Shown here piece by piece: positions 17,640-26,542 of a DNA stretch of 61,191 nt. A program made the position numbers and the translations under genes. Source of the stretch: Candidatus Micrarchaeota archaeon. Its GTDB lineage: Archaea > Micrarchaeota > Micrarchaeia > Norongarragalinales > Norongarragalinaceae. Each line of letters begins with the position of its first letter. Position 1 is the stretch's first letter. The notes under the pieces are model-generated. The model was not told the DNA's origin and did not search any database. It was given only the letters and a program-made list of their open reading frames with translations. The stretch spans positions 1 through 61,191 of the forward strand of contig CAYZDE010000001.1 in the NCBI GenBank assembly GCA_964477205.1. Direction: 5' to 3'.

Positions 17640-18457
17640 GCGGCCGAGAGATTGGATTGGCCGAACGCGCGCGGGAACTGCACGTGCTGATAGTCGAGCC
17701 GAGCCGCGGCTGCGAACTGGGTTGTAGGCAGTGCGTTCAAGCCGCTTCGGGTGAAGTGAAGCACATGTCTGCCGCTAAGTTGAAAGCGGCAATCAATACG
17801 CTGGCCGGGCACGGGGCCGACCCGCGAATGATAATCCTCGCCGGAGCCGGTGAACCCCTAGCGCACCCGCGAGTAGGGGAATTTTCAAAAGCTTTGAAAG
17901 AGCATTTTCAGAACGCCGAGGTCTATGGGTTCTGGGGGCTGAGTGGAGTCAAGAGCGAGGAAGAATTGGAGTCCAAGATGCGCGGCCTCGACGGCTTAGT
18001 GGTTTCAGTTGACGCACACCACTTAGCGCGCTTCCTCAACCAAACCCGTGGAGGAAAGCAAGAAGAATTAAAGGCGCGAGTGCGCTCCAAGCCGACTGCG
18101 GAAGCAAAAAAAGCCCTCCGTGGAGACGTGGAAAGGCGCGCTTTTCTAACGACGCTAGGAGTGATTGACAAGTTAAAGTGGGCGCTCCGCGTTTGCAAGC
18201 GCAACAATACTGAGTTTACCTATCGGTTGACCGGCCCCGAGCACGAGCGAAAAAAAATGAAGTCGCTAGTGACGCGCGCGTTGAACGAGCATGCAATGGA
18301 AACGGGCGAACGCGTTGAACCATTGAGTTGGATTAGCAAGCGTTTTCCGCGAGGCTCGGCAAAGGGAGCAAAGCGAAGCAAGGGTAACATGAGCTTGTTT
18401 TATGACGGCTCATTCGGCCTCGGGCGCGCGCCCCACGATAGCGACTTGCAATTATGA
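17636..18457 (+). CDS. minimal radical-SAM-like protein, paralog 2
   Basis: CX3CX2C at GCELGCRQC, then GAGEPLAHP. Shares blocks with paralog 1 (FWGLSGVKSEEEL vs YHGFSGVESQEEF, VVSVDAHH vs VLSLDRDH, C-terminal FPRG). 4-nt ATGA overlap with paralog 1. Confidence 0.7.
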   Translation: MSGREIGLAERARELHVLIVEPSRGCELGCRQCVQAASGEVKHMSAAKLKAAINTLAGHGADPRMIILAGAGEPLAHPRVGEFSKALKEHFQNAEVYGFWGLSGVKSEEELESKMRGLDGLVVSVDAHHLARFLNQTRGGKQEELKARVRSKPTAEAKKALRGDVERRAFLTTLGVIDKLKWALRVCKRNNTEFTYRLTGPEHERKKMKSLVTRALNEHAMETGERVEPLSWISKRFPRGSAKGAKRSKGNMSLFYDGSFGLGRAPHDSDLQL

Positions 18458-21055
18458 TTTCTTCCCGCGCGCGAAGTTTTTAGTGCCGCCGCCTTTAGCA
18501 CCGCTTTTTTTGAGTAGCTCGATTGCATCGCGCTTGCTATTCTTCGCGGTCGTTGCAACGATGAATCCATCCATGTTAGAGAGTATTGCGTCCATTCCCT
18601 TCTCCGATAATTCAAGGGCGACTTTCTCGAGCAGCCTAGCGCCCAAAGGCAGCTCTTTTTCAATGAGTGCGCTCTTTGCTTCCCCGCACAATTCGGCGCA
18701 CAAGCCCGCCGCCGCTTTCTTCTGCAGCTTCTCGAGTTGCTTGCCGCGTTCCTTCCAATCGTTGAAGAGCTTGTTTATGCCTTTAACCAAGTCCGTCTTC
18801 GGGACTTTGAGTTCAATGCAAGCATCTCGAATAAGGGCTTCCTCGTTTTGAATGAATTCCACGGCGGCCGGGCCTGCCTTGTAACGGAAGCGCGTGACTC
18901 CGTCCTGCACTTGCTCAACGCCTATTATTTTGAAGCAGCCGATTTCACTAGTATTGGACTTATGCAGTCCTCCGCACGCTTCCACGTCGATTCCATCCAC
19001 GTCGATTATGCGAATGCGCTTTCCAATTGCCCCGCCTCCCTGGTAGATGCGATACGAGTATTCCTTCTCGGCGGCGCTGCGGTCCATTTCCTTGAGTTTC
19101 ACTGAGTGCCCTTCGCGGATGAACTTGTTTGCGAGTGCCTCGATTTCATTTACTTGCTTCCAAGACGGCTTCTCGTAGTGCGTCACGTCAAGGTGCGCTT
19201 CATTTGAATCCTTGCGGCTGCCGCACTGCCATACGTGGTTGCCTAGCACGCTGCGCGCGCAAGCATTGAGAACGTGCGTTGCCGTGTGGTGGCTGGTTAT
19301 GGCGTCGCGCCGCTCCTCGTCCACTTCCAATTCAATTGTTTCACCTTTCTTGAATTCGCCTTTAACCGAGTGAACGATTACCCCGTGTGAAATTTGAACG
19401 TCGGTCACCTGCTTCTTGTTTATGAACCCGTGGTCCGCGCATTGCCCTCCGCCTTCCGGATAGAATAGCGTTGAGTCAAGGGCTACGAGGCCGTTCTTAG
19501 CGGCAACGACCTTCGCCTTGCCCTTGAATTTGAGCGGGTGTTCGTAGTAAGCGCGCTTTGTTTTCAACGCGTTCTCGAACACGGGCTTCGCCTCGTGCTT
19601 CTTCTCCTGCATTACGTGCTTGGAAGTCACTTTGGAATAGTAATCCGTCGGGATGTTAACTTCTTTTCCCTGCTCTTTGGCAACGCGCTCGATTAATTCG
19701 GGAGTGACGCCGTGCGACTCGTATAATGTGGCCATCTTATCCGCGGTCAAATTAGACGACTTCGCCAGTATCTGCTTGGTCATTCCTCGGGCTTTCACGA
19801 GGGACTGGGCGTACTTGCGTTTTTCAACTTGGAATATCTCGTTCACGGAGGGCAGTGCCCCTGCTAATTCCGGGTAAACTTCACGCAAGTCATGCGCGTG
19901 CATTTCAAAGAGCTTCTCGAAGTCGAAGTCGAATGAGTATTCGTTCGCGAAGCCGAGTGCGCGGCGCAGTAAGACGCGCAAGTTGTAGCCGCCCGCGCTG
20001 TTTGACGGGAGCCCGCCGTCCGCTAGCGCGAATAAGAGCGAGCGCGTGTGGTCCGCAATTGCCCAAACCCCCTGCATTGGCGCTATTTCGCTTTCGAGTT
20101 CCTTCAAGTCTATGCTGAGCAGCGAAGCGATTTTCTTTTTCTCCTCTCGGAAGTCGCGCACTGCCTCGACGTCCAAGCGAGAGCTGATGCGGGCGTATTT
20201 TTCAAGCAGCTTGGAATCGTTGAGCCCTGCCTGCTTTTTCATGAATGATACGTGCCGCGGGAAAGTTGAATCGTAAATCGTGGAGTCGCCGCGGTAGTAC
20301 CACAGCAACCTCTCGAAGCCCCATCCGACGTCTATCACGCGAAGAGGCAATTCTTTCTGTTTGCCATCCCAGTAGTATTGCATGAAAACGCTGTTCACTA
20401 GCTCGCTCCCGCATGAGAACGACTCGATGCACGGGCCGAACGCCGAATAATCCGGCATGCTCCAAACGTCTTCCGCGTAAGTGAGCTCTTCCTTCTTGAC
20501 GCCGAGCACGTTGGTTAAGAACTCGTAATTATATTGAATGCAATCCTCGCGCCAGTAACCCTCCTTGCCGAAAGAGTGCTGGCCCGCCATCATGAACCCG
20601 CTCAAGTGCCTGCCTGTAACGCCGATATTTGCTATGTCCGGGAACCGCAGGCAAATTTGGGGAACTACCAGTGGGTTCGCGGGGTACTCGAATGCAATGC
20701 GCCCGTTCTCCCAGCGTTGGAAGTCCACTATGCTCGCAATCGTGAAGTTTAAGTCATCGCGCCAGCGGCTGATAACCGGGTAACGCGGCACGACTTCGTG
20801 GCCGTTCTTCTCGAAGAACGAAGCGAACTTTTTCCACATGGAAGCGTAAGATTCGTCGCGCGGCTTTTTTCTAAAGAAGGAGTAGTCTTCGTGCGCGGAG
20901 TCCCCGCAATTCGCTTTTTCCTCTAGCGCCCAGTAGCCCTTGCCGCACTCTTTGCACTCGAACCTTTGGAATCCTTCTTCCTTGAGTATCGGTGCGGAAT
21001 AGTGCTTCGCGTAATCCTTAGCGAACGCTTTCCTCAAGTCGTCCTTAGTAACCAT
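18452..21055 (-). CDS. alaS: alanyl-tRNA synthetase (archaeal type)
   Basis: 867 aa with an archaeal AlaRS N-terminus (FECKECGKGYWA), editing-domain motifs HHTATHVL and CGGLH, and a C-terminal DHHA1-like region. Confidence 0.93.
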   Translation of the reverse strand: MVTKDDLRKAFAKDYAKHYSAPILKEEGFQRFECKECGKGYWALEEKANCGDSAHEDYSFFRKKPRDESYASMWKKFASFFEKNGHEVVPRYPVISRWRDDLNFTIASIVDFQRWENGRIAFEYPANPLVVPQICLRFPDIANIGVTGRHLSGFMMAGQHSFGKEGYWREDCIQYNYEFLTNVLGVKKEELTYAEDVWSMPDYSAFGPCIESFSCGSELVNSVFMQYYWDGKQKELPLRVIDVGWGFERLLWYYRGDSTIYDSTFPRHVSFMKKQAGLNDSKLLEKYARISSRLDVEAVRDFREEKKKIASLLSIDLKELESEIAPMQGVWAIADHTRSLLFALADGGLPSNSAGGYNLRVLLRRALGFANEYSFDFDFEKLFEMHAHDLREVYPELAGALPSVNEIFQVEKRKYAQSLVKARGMTKQILAKSSNLTADKMATLYESHGVTPELIERVAKEQGKEVNIPTDYYSKVTSKHVMQEKKHEAKPVFENALKTKRAYYEHPLKFKGKAKVVAAKNGLVALDSTLFYPEGGGQCADHGFINKKQVTDVQISHGVIVHSVKGEFKKGETIELEVDEERRDAITSHHTATHVLNACARSVLGNHVWQCGSRKDSNEAHLDVTHYEKPSWKQVNEIEALANKFIREGHSVKLKEMDRSAAEKEYSYRIYQGGGAIGKRIRIIDVDGIDVEACGGLHKSNTSEIGCFKIIGVEQVQDGVTRFRYKAGPAAVEFIQNEEALIRDACIELKVPKTDLVKGINKLFNDWKERGKQLEKLQKKAAAGLCAELCGEAKSALIEKELPLGARLLEKVALELSEKGMDAILSNMDGFIVATTAKNSKRDAIELLKKSGAKGGGTKNFARGKKS

Positions 21056-21096
21056 GAGTCAACATTCTTAGGCAATTGCTTAATTTAAAACCAATC

Positions 21097-21195
21097 GAGT
21101 GGGTTCTTGTTAAGCCCACGGCCTTCGCGAACCGTTCGTTCGGTTGAGTGGGTGTTGGACCCACGGCCCTTTCGAACCGTTCGTTCGGTTTAGAG
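21097..21195. repeat. tandem ~45-nt hairpin repeat (about 2.5 units) at the 3' side of RNase P RNA
   Basis: cccacggcc(t/c)tt(cg)cgaaccgttcgttcggtt occurs at 21115 and 21160, and gagtgggt at 21097 and 21146. Each unit carries the palindrome AACCG-ttcgtt-CGGTT and a CCCAC...GTGGG stem. Confidence 0.75.
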
Positions 21196-21470
21196 AAGGT
21201 GAGGGGCCGTAGTCCACCTTTTGTTGTCCACGGCATTCGACTGAGCGGGCAATTGCCCTTGCACTCTTTACCCAGAACCGTTTCACTTGCTTTCGGGAAA
21301 CGTCGCGCTTGTTCATCCTGCGCCCGAAGCAATATCGTTTCTGTTTCCGGGTTCCGGCCTTAAACCGGGGAACTCGCGTTCCTTGTACTGTCGAGTGGAT
21401 GGAACTTCCTCATCGCCCCGCGTTTGACCGCTGGCGGGCAACGACAGCCGTGCACCCCCCACCTCTAATA
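21190..21470 (-). ncRNA. rnpB: RNase P RNA (ends approximate)
   Basis: The minus strand reads GAGGAAGTTCCATCCAC (CR-I-like), GGAAACAGAAACGATA (CR-II-like), AGTGAAACGG...GGGTAAAGAGTGCAAGGG (CR-III-like) and GACAACAAAAGGTGGACTAC (CR-V-like). UCCAC/GUGGA is available for P4, and terminal pairing AGAGGUG-GGGG with CCCC-U-CACC-U-UCU is possible. An AT-rich box lies upstream. The ORFs called here are short and overlap each other. Confidence 0.7.
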
Positions 21471-21551
21471 TTATCCTGCCGAACCCCCTTTTTACTCTTT
21501 TCATTTTAAAAATAGGGCTTATTAAAAAGCGGTTTTCCCAGTATTACTATC

Positions 21552-23699
21552 ATGAAAAAGGCGTTCTTACTATTGTTCTTAGCTGCTTTCGTTGCGGCGG
21601 ATTGTGTTTTTGTTTCAGTCAGCTTGCTTGATGAGGCAATCGTCGAGAAGGGAGTGCAGGCAGCTTACCCGATTACGCTTACGAATACCGGGTTGAGCAG
21701 TACGCTGGTGCGCTTGTCCGGCTATTGCCCGAGCGGAGTGGACTGCCAGTTCAACCCGTCGCCCGCGTTCGTTACCCTTACTCCTTCACAGAGCGAAACA
21801 TTCAACTTGCTCGCTGACACGAATGATGCCGCCGTCGGTTTGCATTCAATTGATTTGGAAGTATCCGTCGGCTCGGTCTACACGCCTTGCTTCGAGGCCG
21901 AATTATCCTTGGAAGTACTCGCTGAACCGCAGCCGAGCGTCACGCCCGATTCGTTCACCGTAACCGTCGAGCCCGAGTCATTAAACGCCAGCGGTTGGGC
22001 CGGCGACGTCATGGAATTCACGATTAGCATAGAAAACAATGAGCCGAACACTGGTTACGCCGAACTCTCAATGGAAGGCCCATTCGCGGAAAGCACGAGT
22101 TTCAGCGCGTCGAAAGTAACTGTGCCCGCTGCTTCAACAAAAGAAGTAATCGCCCGCGTTACGATTCCCCCGGGAACTCCGGGCAGCGTTTACGCGAATG
22201 CGTTCATAGTAGAAGCGACCATCGGCGGCGCTTGCTGCGAGCAGCAATACGCCCTCCCCTTGGACGTCTGCGTTTTCGCGGACGAACTATACTTGGAAGT
22301 GCTCAACGAGCCCGTTTTATGCACGCAAGTTACGCACGAGGAGGAAACAATAATCGCGCTCGAACTCCGCAATACCGGGGAGATTTCCGGCCCGTTCCAC
22401 GCTTACTTAGTCGGCTCCAACGAGGCGCTCTCCATGATGGAGCTCTCGTCCAGCTTGATTGAAATCGCCCCGGGCGACCGTGAGCCATTATTCATTAGCA
22501 TACTCCCGTCGTCGAGCGCAGTCTTGGACACTTACTATTACTCGCTTAAAATCGACTACCTCGGCTACACCGTGTACGACGCGCCTTACTGCTTTACGGT
22601 ATCCGGCGTCGAGGACTTCTCACTCGAATTCAATGAATCAGCAATAATCCGCCGATGTAAAATTGAAACAGTTCCGTTCACCCTAATGAACAACGGCACG
22701 CTCTTCGACGACTATGAAATAGAAGTAGAGGCAATCGACGGACTGCTCGTACAGCCGGTACCTTCTTCCTTCTCGTTATCACCGGGCCAGTCCAAGGCAA
22801 TCGACTTCGTGTTCAGCACCACGCTGAACGAGGCGCCCGAACTAGGATGGCATGACCTTGGCTTTACCGTGCGTTCGCGCCGCGTAACGCAAGCGTACGA
22901 ACTCCCCTTCCTGCTCGTTTCCAGTGAAGAGCAAGGAGAATCGTTCTTGTACCTGGCTCCTGCAAGCGACTTGACGCTCGTCGCGGGCGCGCACTCGGTG
23001 ATAGTGTTCGCGGTTTACAATTCGGGCGGCGAGGACTTACATTATGTAGAGTTAGAGGTAGAGGGAATCGACGAACCGCATTATGCAGTTGAGACCGTCC
23101 CCCAGGACATTCCCGCGGGCGAGTCACGCAATTACGAAGTGTCATTTTATCTACCGCAAACCGAGGAATCGTTCATTGACTTATCCTTCCGCGCTTACAG
23201 TCAAGTAACGAGTGAAGCCGTGAAAGAAGATTACTCGGTTCCGATTACCCAACTCCCTGTCAACTCGCTCGGCGTCGTGGTTTCCAACGCCGCCCAAGAA
23301 GAGGAAGGCGCGTTAATCATCGAGGTAATAGTCAGCAATGCGGGGTTGACTCCGTTGAGCGGCGTGCAACCCGCGATTACCGGTTATGTTGTAGCAGCCC
23401 AGCCGGCTTACTTTGATTTGCAGCCCGGAGAATCACGCTCAATGACCCTTCGCGTGGGCGACTATTCCGGCGGCGAAGTCCAGGTTCAACTCTCTACAGC
23501 CGAAGGCGTACTATCCGAAGTTACGAGCATATCCGTCGAGCCGAAGGAAGAGTCGATCCCTTGGGCCATGATAGCAATACTTGGAATCGTTGTCGTGTTC
23601 CTTGCTTACGGGTTCATAGTCAAACGCGGAGACGACGAATGCGACTTAGTAGCGCCTGAGTTCCCGAGTGCGAAGCTCGAGGATTACGACGAAGCCTAG
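21552..23699 (+). CDS. cell-surface protein (signal peptide, repeated beta-rich domains, C-terminal membrane anchor)
   Basis: N-terminal MKKAFLLLFLAAFVAADC. Repeated ~100-aa segments resemble CARDB/COG1470-type domains. C-terminal helix WAMIAILGIVVVFLAYGFIV followed by a charged tail. Confidence 0.7.
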   Translation: MKKAFLLLFLAAFVAADCVFVSVSLLDEAIVEKGVQAAYPITLTNTGLSSTLVRLSGYCPSGVDCQFNPSPAFVTLTPSQSETFNLLADTNDAAVGLHSIDLEVSVGSVYTPCFEAELSLEVLAEPQPSVTPDSFTVTVEPESLNASGWAGDVMEFTISIENNEPNTGYAELSMEGPFAESTSFSASKVTVPAASTKEVIARVTIPPGTPGSVYANAFIVEATIGGACCEQQYALPLDVCVFADELYLEVLNEPVLCTQVTHEEETIIALELRNTGEISGPFHAYLVGSNEALSMMELSSSLIEIAPGDREPLFISILPSSSAVLDTYYYSLKIDYLGYTVYDAPYCFTVSGVEDFSLEFNESAIIRRCKIETVPFTLMNNGTLFDDYEIEVEAIDGLLVQPVPSSFSLSPGQSKAIDFVFSTTLNEAPELGWHDLGFTVRSRRVTQAYELPFLLVSSEEQGESFLYLAPASDLTLVAGAHSVIVFAVYNSGGEDLHYVELEVEGIDEPHYAVETVPQDIPAGESRNYEVSFYLPQTEESFIDLSFRAYSQVTSEAVKEDYSVPITQLPVNSLGVVVSNAAQEEEGALIIEVIVSNAGLTPLSGVQPAITGYVVAAQPAYFDLQPGESRSMTLRVGDYSGGEVQVQLSTAEGVLSEVTSISVEPKEESIPWAMIAILGIVVVFLAYGFIVKRGDDECDLVAPEFPSAKLEDYDEA

Positions 23700-23855
23700 A
23701 AAGCGCCGTTCTCAAACATTTCCCACGTGCCTATTGCCACGGCTATTATTACCATTAATTCAGTTATTGATAATGTAAAAGTCCAATCAAACATTAGCTT
23801 CTCTTTTTATGGATTGCTTCTAAAAGATTATATTTCTTTCCCGCTTAACCATTGC

Positions 23856-24596
23856 ATGGTATTACTTGAAATAATCTTGGCGACCTTGCTGGTCTGCTTT
23901 CTATCCTTAGTCGGCGTTGCTTCGTTTTGGGTGAAGCCGAAGTTATTGGATAAAACCGTTTTATTGCTCGTCGGATTCTCCGCTGGCGCGCTCATGGGCG
24001 GCGCGTTCCTTCACTTATTGCCGGAATCCGTCGAAGTAATCGGCGCTGAGTCGTTCGGCATAGTGTTCTTACTCAGCTTCTCATTGTTCTTCCTCCTAGA
24101 GCGCTTAGTGCACTGGCACCACTGCCACGAGAGCAAGCCGTGCAAGGTTCACGCATTCGCTTACTTGAATTTAGTCGGTGATGCCTTGCATAACTTCATG
24201 GACGGCTTGATTATTGCGGCCTCGTTCCTTGCTTCAATTCCACTTGGAATCGCGACGACCATAGCGGTAATCGCGCACGAGCTCCCTCAAGAGCTCGGCG
24301 ATTTCGGAGTTCTCGTTTACGCGGGCTTCTCCAAGAAGAAGGCGCTTGCTTTCAATTTCGTGGTTTCATTAACCGCTCTCGCCGGCGCTTTAATCGGCTA
24401 TTACCTTTCCGGCGCAGTAGCAGGGCTGGAATCCTACTTGCTTCCCTTTGCAGCCGGCAGTTTCGTTTACATAGCGAGCTCGGACTTGATACCCGAATTA
24501 CACAAGCAAGAAGATTTAGGTAAGGCAATGCAAGCATTTGCATTGTTCCTCACCGGCTTAGCCTTCATGTACGCGGTAAAACTAGCGTTTGCTTAG
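23856..24596 (+). CDS. zupT: ZIP-family divalent metal transporter
   Basis: HELPQELGDFGVL motif, histidine-rich HWHHCHE loop and multiple TM helices. An ATG is at 23856 with an AT box upstream. The ORF-track GTG start at 23727 adds a non-homologous AT-rich extension. Confidence 0.85.
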   Translation: MVLLEIILATLLVCFLSLVGVASFWVKPKLLDKTVLLLVGFSAGALMGGAFLHLLPESVEVIGAESFGIVFLLSFSLFFLLERLVHWHHCHESKPCKVHAFAYLNLVGDALHNFMDGLIIAASFLASIPLGIATTIAVIAHELPQELGDFGVLVYAGFSKKKALAFNFVVSLTALAGALIGYYLSGAVAGLESYLLPFAAGSFVYIASSDLIPELHKQEDLGKAMQAFALFLTGLAFMYAVKLAFA

Positions 24597-24766
24597 ATAA
24601 GCATTCCGATTAGCAGCCCCAACAGGAACGCTACGGCTATCTCATAATACTTGGCGTTTGAAGCAAAAGCGCCCAGGCCCTTGCGTACGGTCGGCGGCTC
24701 TCCGCCGTATTTTTCAGCGTGAGTTTCTTTTCTTTCCTCTTCGGTTTTCGGTATTCCGCCCGGCAT
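24593..24766 (-). CDS. possible 57-aa tail-anchored small protein
   Basis: Not in the ORF track because it is under 60 aa. Sequence: MPGGIPKTEEERKETHAEKYGGEPPTVRKGLGAFASNAKYYEIAVAFLLGLLIGMLI. Its ATG overlaps the TAA stop of the DUF134 gene by 1 nt (TAATG). Confidence 0.4.
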   Translation of the reverse strand: MPGGIPKTEEERKETHAEKYGGEPPTVRKGLGAFASNAKYYEIAVAFLLGLLIGMLI

Positions 24767-25116
24767 TAAAATCGCCTCCTTCCTCGTCCCCTACCAAAAC
24801 CGCGGCCCATTCCGCGCCCGCGGCCCTCGACGAAGTAATTTCCACCTTCAATTATTATAACCTTCCCGTTCACTATTGCGTCCGCCGCCTTGGCTTCGGC
24901 ACTGGACAATAACCTTGAAAAAGTGGGCTGCGAGACGCCTACTCTTTCGGCTGCTTCACTCTGGCTCAAGCCCTCGACAAAGGCGAGGCGGAGCGCCTCG
25001 ACTTCCTCAACGCGCAGCTCGACCCGTTCCAGTTGCCTCGCGGGAATTCCCGCTGGCTTGAACAAGCGAACGCGCGGCTCGCAAGAGACGCGGCGGCCTA
25101 AGCGAGGCCGGGGCAC
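24766..25116 (-). CDS. DUF134 (UPF0251) family DNA-binding protein with an RGG-rich tail
   Basis: FKPAGIP...LEEVEALRL...GLSQSEAAERVGVSQPTFSRLL is typical of DUF134. The C-terminus is GRGRGMGRGFGRGRGRRRF. Confidence 0.8.
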   Translation of the reverse strand: MPRPRLGRRVSCEPRVRLFKPAGIPARQLERVELRVEEVEALRLAFVEGLSQSEAAERVGVSQPTFSRLLSSAEAKAADAIVNGKVIIIEGGNYFVEGRGRGMGRGFGRGRGRRRF

Positions 25117-25117
25117 G

Positions 25118-25423
25118 TCACTTTTTCTCCTTCAAAGCTGCCTTAATCTCGCGAATGTCGCTTTCGATTCCGTGAAGGCGTTGGTTGAACCCGGAATCGG
25201 ATTCATATCCTACTGCGAATTTTTGTACGAATCCGCGCCCGAAGCCACGGCCCATTCCGCGACCATCGCCGCGGCCGTCACGCGGCCCTACGCGCATTCC
25301 TCGGCCACCGCCTAAGCCCAATCGCGGGCTGTTCGGGTTGCCGTTCGCTCCATTGCAGGTTCCGAGCTTACGCCCGGTTAACGGGCCTTGCCCGCGGGGT
25401 CCTGTTTCATCTTCATTTGGCAT
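25118..25423 (-). CDS. DUF5320-family protein (RGG-rich)
   Basis: The N-terminus MPNEDETGPRGQGPLTGRKLGTC matches the DUF5320 pattern (MPrgDgTGP.G.GP.TGR). RGG-rich middle and a coiled C-terminus. 1-nt spacing to the DUF134 gene. Confidence 0.7.
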   Translation of the reverse strand: MPNEDETGPRGQGPLTGRKLGTCNGANGNPNSPRLGLGGGRGMRVGPRDGRGDGRGMGRGFGRGFVQKFAVGYESDSGFNQRLHGIESDIREIKAALKEKK

Positions 25424-25489
25424 ATAAAATCACCTAACGAATAGGTATTCATAATAGTATTTATAGGTTTCCTTTTCGTGCACTTCTTA

Positions 25490-26251
25490 ATGGATTTAAT
25501 CACTTCATTGCTCTTGGGTGTATTGCAAGGATTGACCGAGTGGCTCCCGGTTTCTTCCAGCGGGCACCTCGCGTTAGCCCAACACTACTTCGGCGTTAGC
25601 GCGCCGATAGCGTTCGACGTATTACTCCACTTTGGAACCCTACTAGCGGTAATCGCTTACTTCCGAAAGGATATTTACGAAATGGCTTCCGATGCTTTAG
25701 CAGGAAAAATTGCTTACCCGTCTTATCTGTTATTGGCGATGATTCCAACTGCTTTAGTGGGCTTCTCGTTAAAGGGTTATTTTGAGTCCATGTTCTCGCA
25801 ACCAATGCTAGTCGCCTGCGCTTTAGTGATAACCGGTGCGTTCCTTTACGCTTCACAGTGGCTATTCAGTGGAAAGCGTTCGCCGGGCGTGCGCTCTTCA
25901 TTGTTAATAGGCATCGCGCAGGGTTTCGCCGTTGCTCCTGGCATCTCGCGCAGCGGTGCTACGATAAGCGCGGGCCTCCTCTCGGGGCTGACGCGCAGGG
26001 AAGCCGCCCGCTTTTCTTTCCTCTTATCCATTCCCGCAATACTCGGCGCGACCGCCCTAGAGGGAACCAAGGCGCTTTCATTCACCGGGCTGTCGATCGA
26101 GGTTATCTTGGCTGGCATAATTGCTGCGGCTTTAGTCGGTTACGCTTGCATCGGATTGCTCTTGCAGTTCGTCGAGCAAGGAAAGCTGCATTACTTTTCG
26201 GCTTATTGTTTTGCCTTGGCGGCATTAGTGTTCGCCGTGGAGGTTTTCTGA
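25490..26251 (+). CDS. uppP: undecaprenyl-diphosphatase (UppP/BacA family)
   Basis: GVLQGLTEWLPVSSSGHL, ISRSGATI and multiple TM helices. The ATG at 25490 is preferred over the GTG at 25478. Confidence 0.88.
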   Translation: MDLITSLLLGVLQGLTEWLPVSSSGHLALAQHYFGVSAPIAFDVLLHFGTLLAVIAYFRKDIYEMASDALAGKIAYPSYLLLAMIPTALVGFSLKGYFESMFSQPMLVACALVITGAFLYASQWLFSGKRSPGVRSSLLIGIAQGFAVAPGISRSGATISAGLLSGLTRREAARFSFLLSIPAILGATALEGTKALSFTGLSIEVILAGIIAAALVGYACIGLLLQFVEQGKLHYFSAYCFALAALVFAVEVF

Positions 26252-26252
26252 T

Positions 26253-26477
26253 TTGGTTGACACTGCCGTCGCTTTGAACGCGTTCAAGGATTACCTGGTC
26301 TTATTCGGGTTCGTCTTAGGCGGGCTGCTATTACTAGTCGGGTTTGCTTTAGACAAGTGGCGTTCCGGCGGCGAGCTCCCGGAGTCGAACGCTTTCCTCG
26401 CGGACTTCTTTAAAGTGCTCGGAGCGGGCACCATAGCCGGTGCAATTTACTTGGCTTACCTGCGCTCGCTGCTTTGA
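26253..26477 (+). CDS. hypothetical two-helix membrane protein
   Basis: 74-aa ORF starting 1 nt after the uppP stop, with two hydrophobic helices. A hairpin (CCGAC-acggcg-GTCGG) follows it. Confidence 0.45.
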   Translation: MVDTAVALNAFKDYLVLFGFVLGGLLLLVGFALDKWRSGGELPESNAFLADFFKVLGAGTIAGAIYLAYLRSLL

Positions 26478-26542
26478 TGGTACGCTCCGACACGGCGGTC
26501 GGGTATATAGTTTAAATACTATACTGTTATAGTAATTTAAAT

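Noticed and set aside
21097-21195. Tandem repeat as a possible CRISPR array.
   Set aside because: There are only ~2.5 contiguous units with no unique spacers, and no cas genes are nearby. No CRISPR array was seen anywhere in the window.
21100-21470. Possibility that this structured intergenic RNA is SRP (7S) RNA.
   Set aside because: There is no helix-8-type GGAA/GNAR motif context. The ordered CR-I (GAGGAAGTTCC), ACAGAAA, GTGAAACGG..GGGTAAAGAGTGCAAGGG and ACAACAAAAGGTGGACTAC blocks fit RNase P RNA better.
21045-21509. Five short overlapping ORFs in the track (21045..21332, 21110..21316, 21148..21363, 21309..21509, 21313..21504).
   Set aside because: They overlap one another on both strands, have no motifs, and cover a region with RNase P RNA conserved blocks and tandem hairpin repeats. 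The region is treated as non-coding.
23727-23855. GTG-initiated N-terminal extension of the ZIP transporter ORF.
   Set aside because: The extension is AT-rich and non-homologous and contains the likely TATA box. The ATG at 23856 gives a typical ZIP N-terminus.
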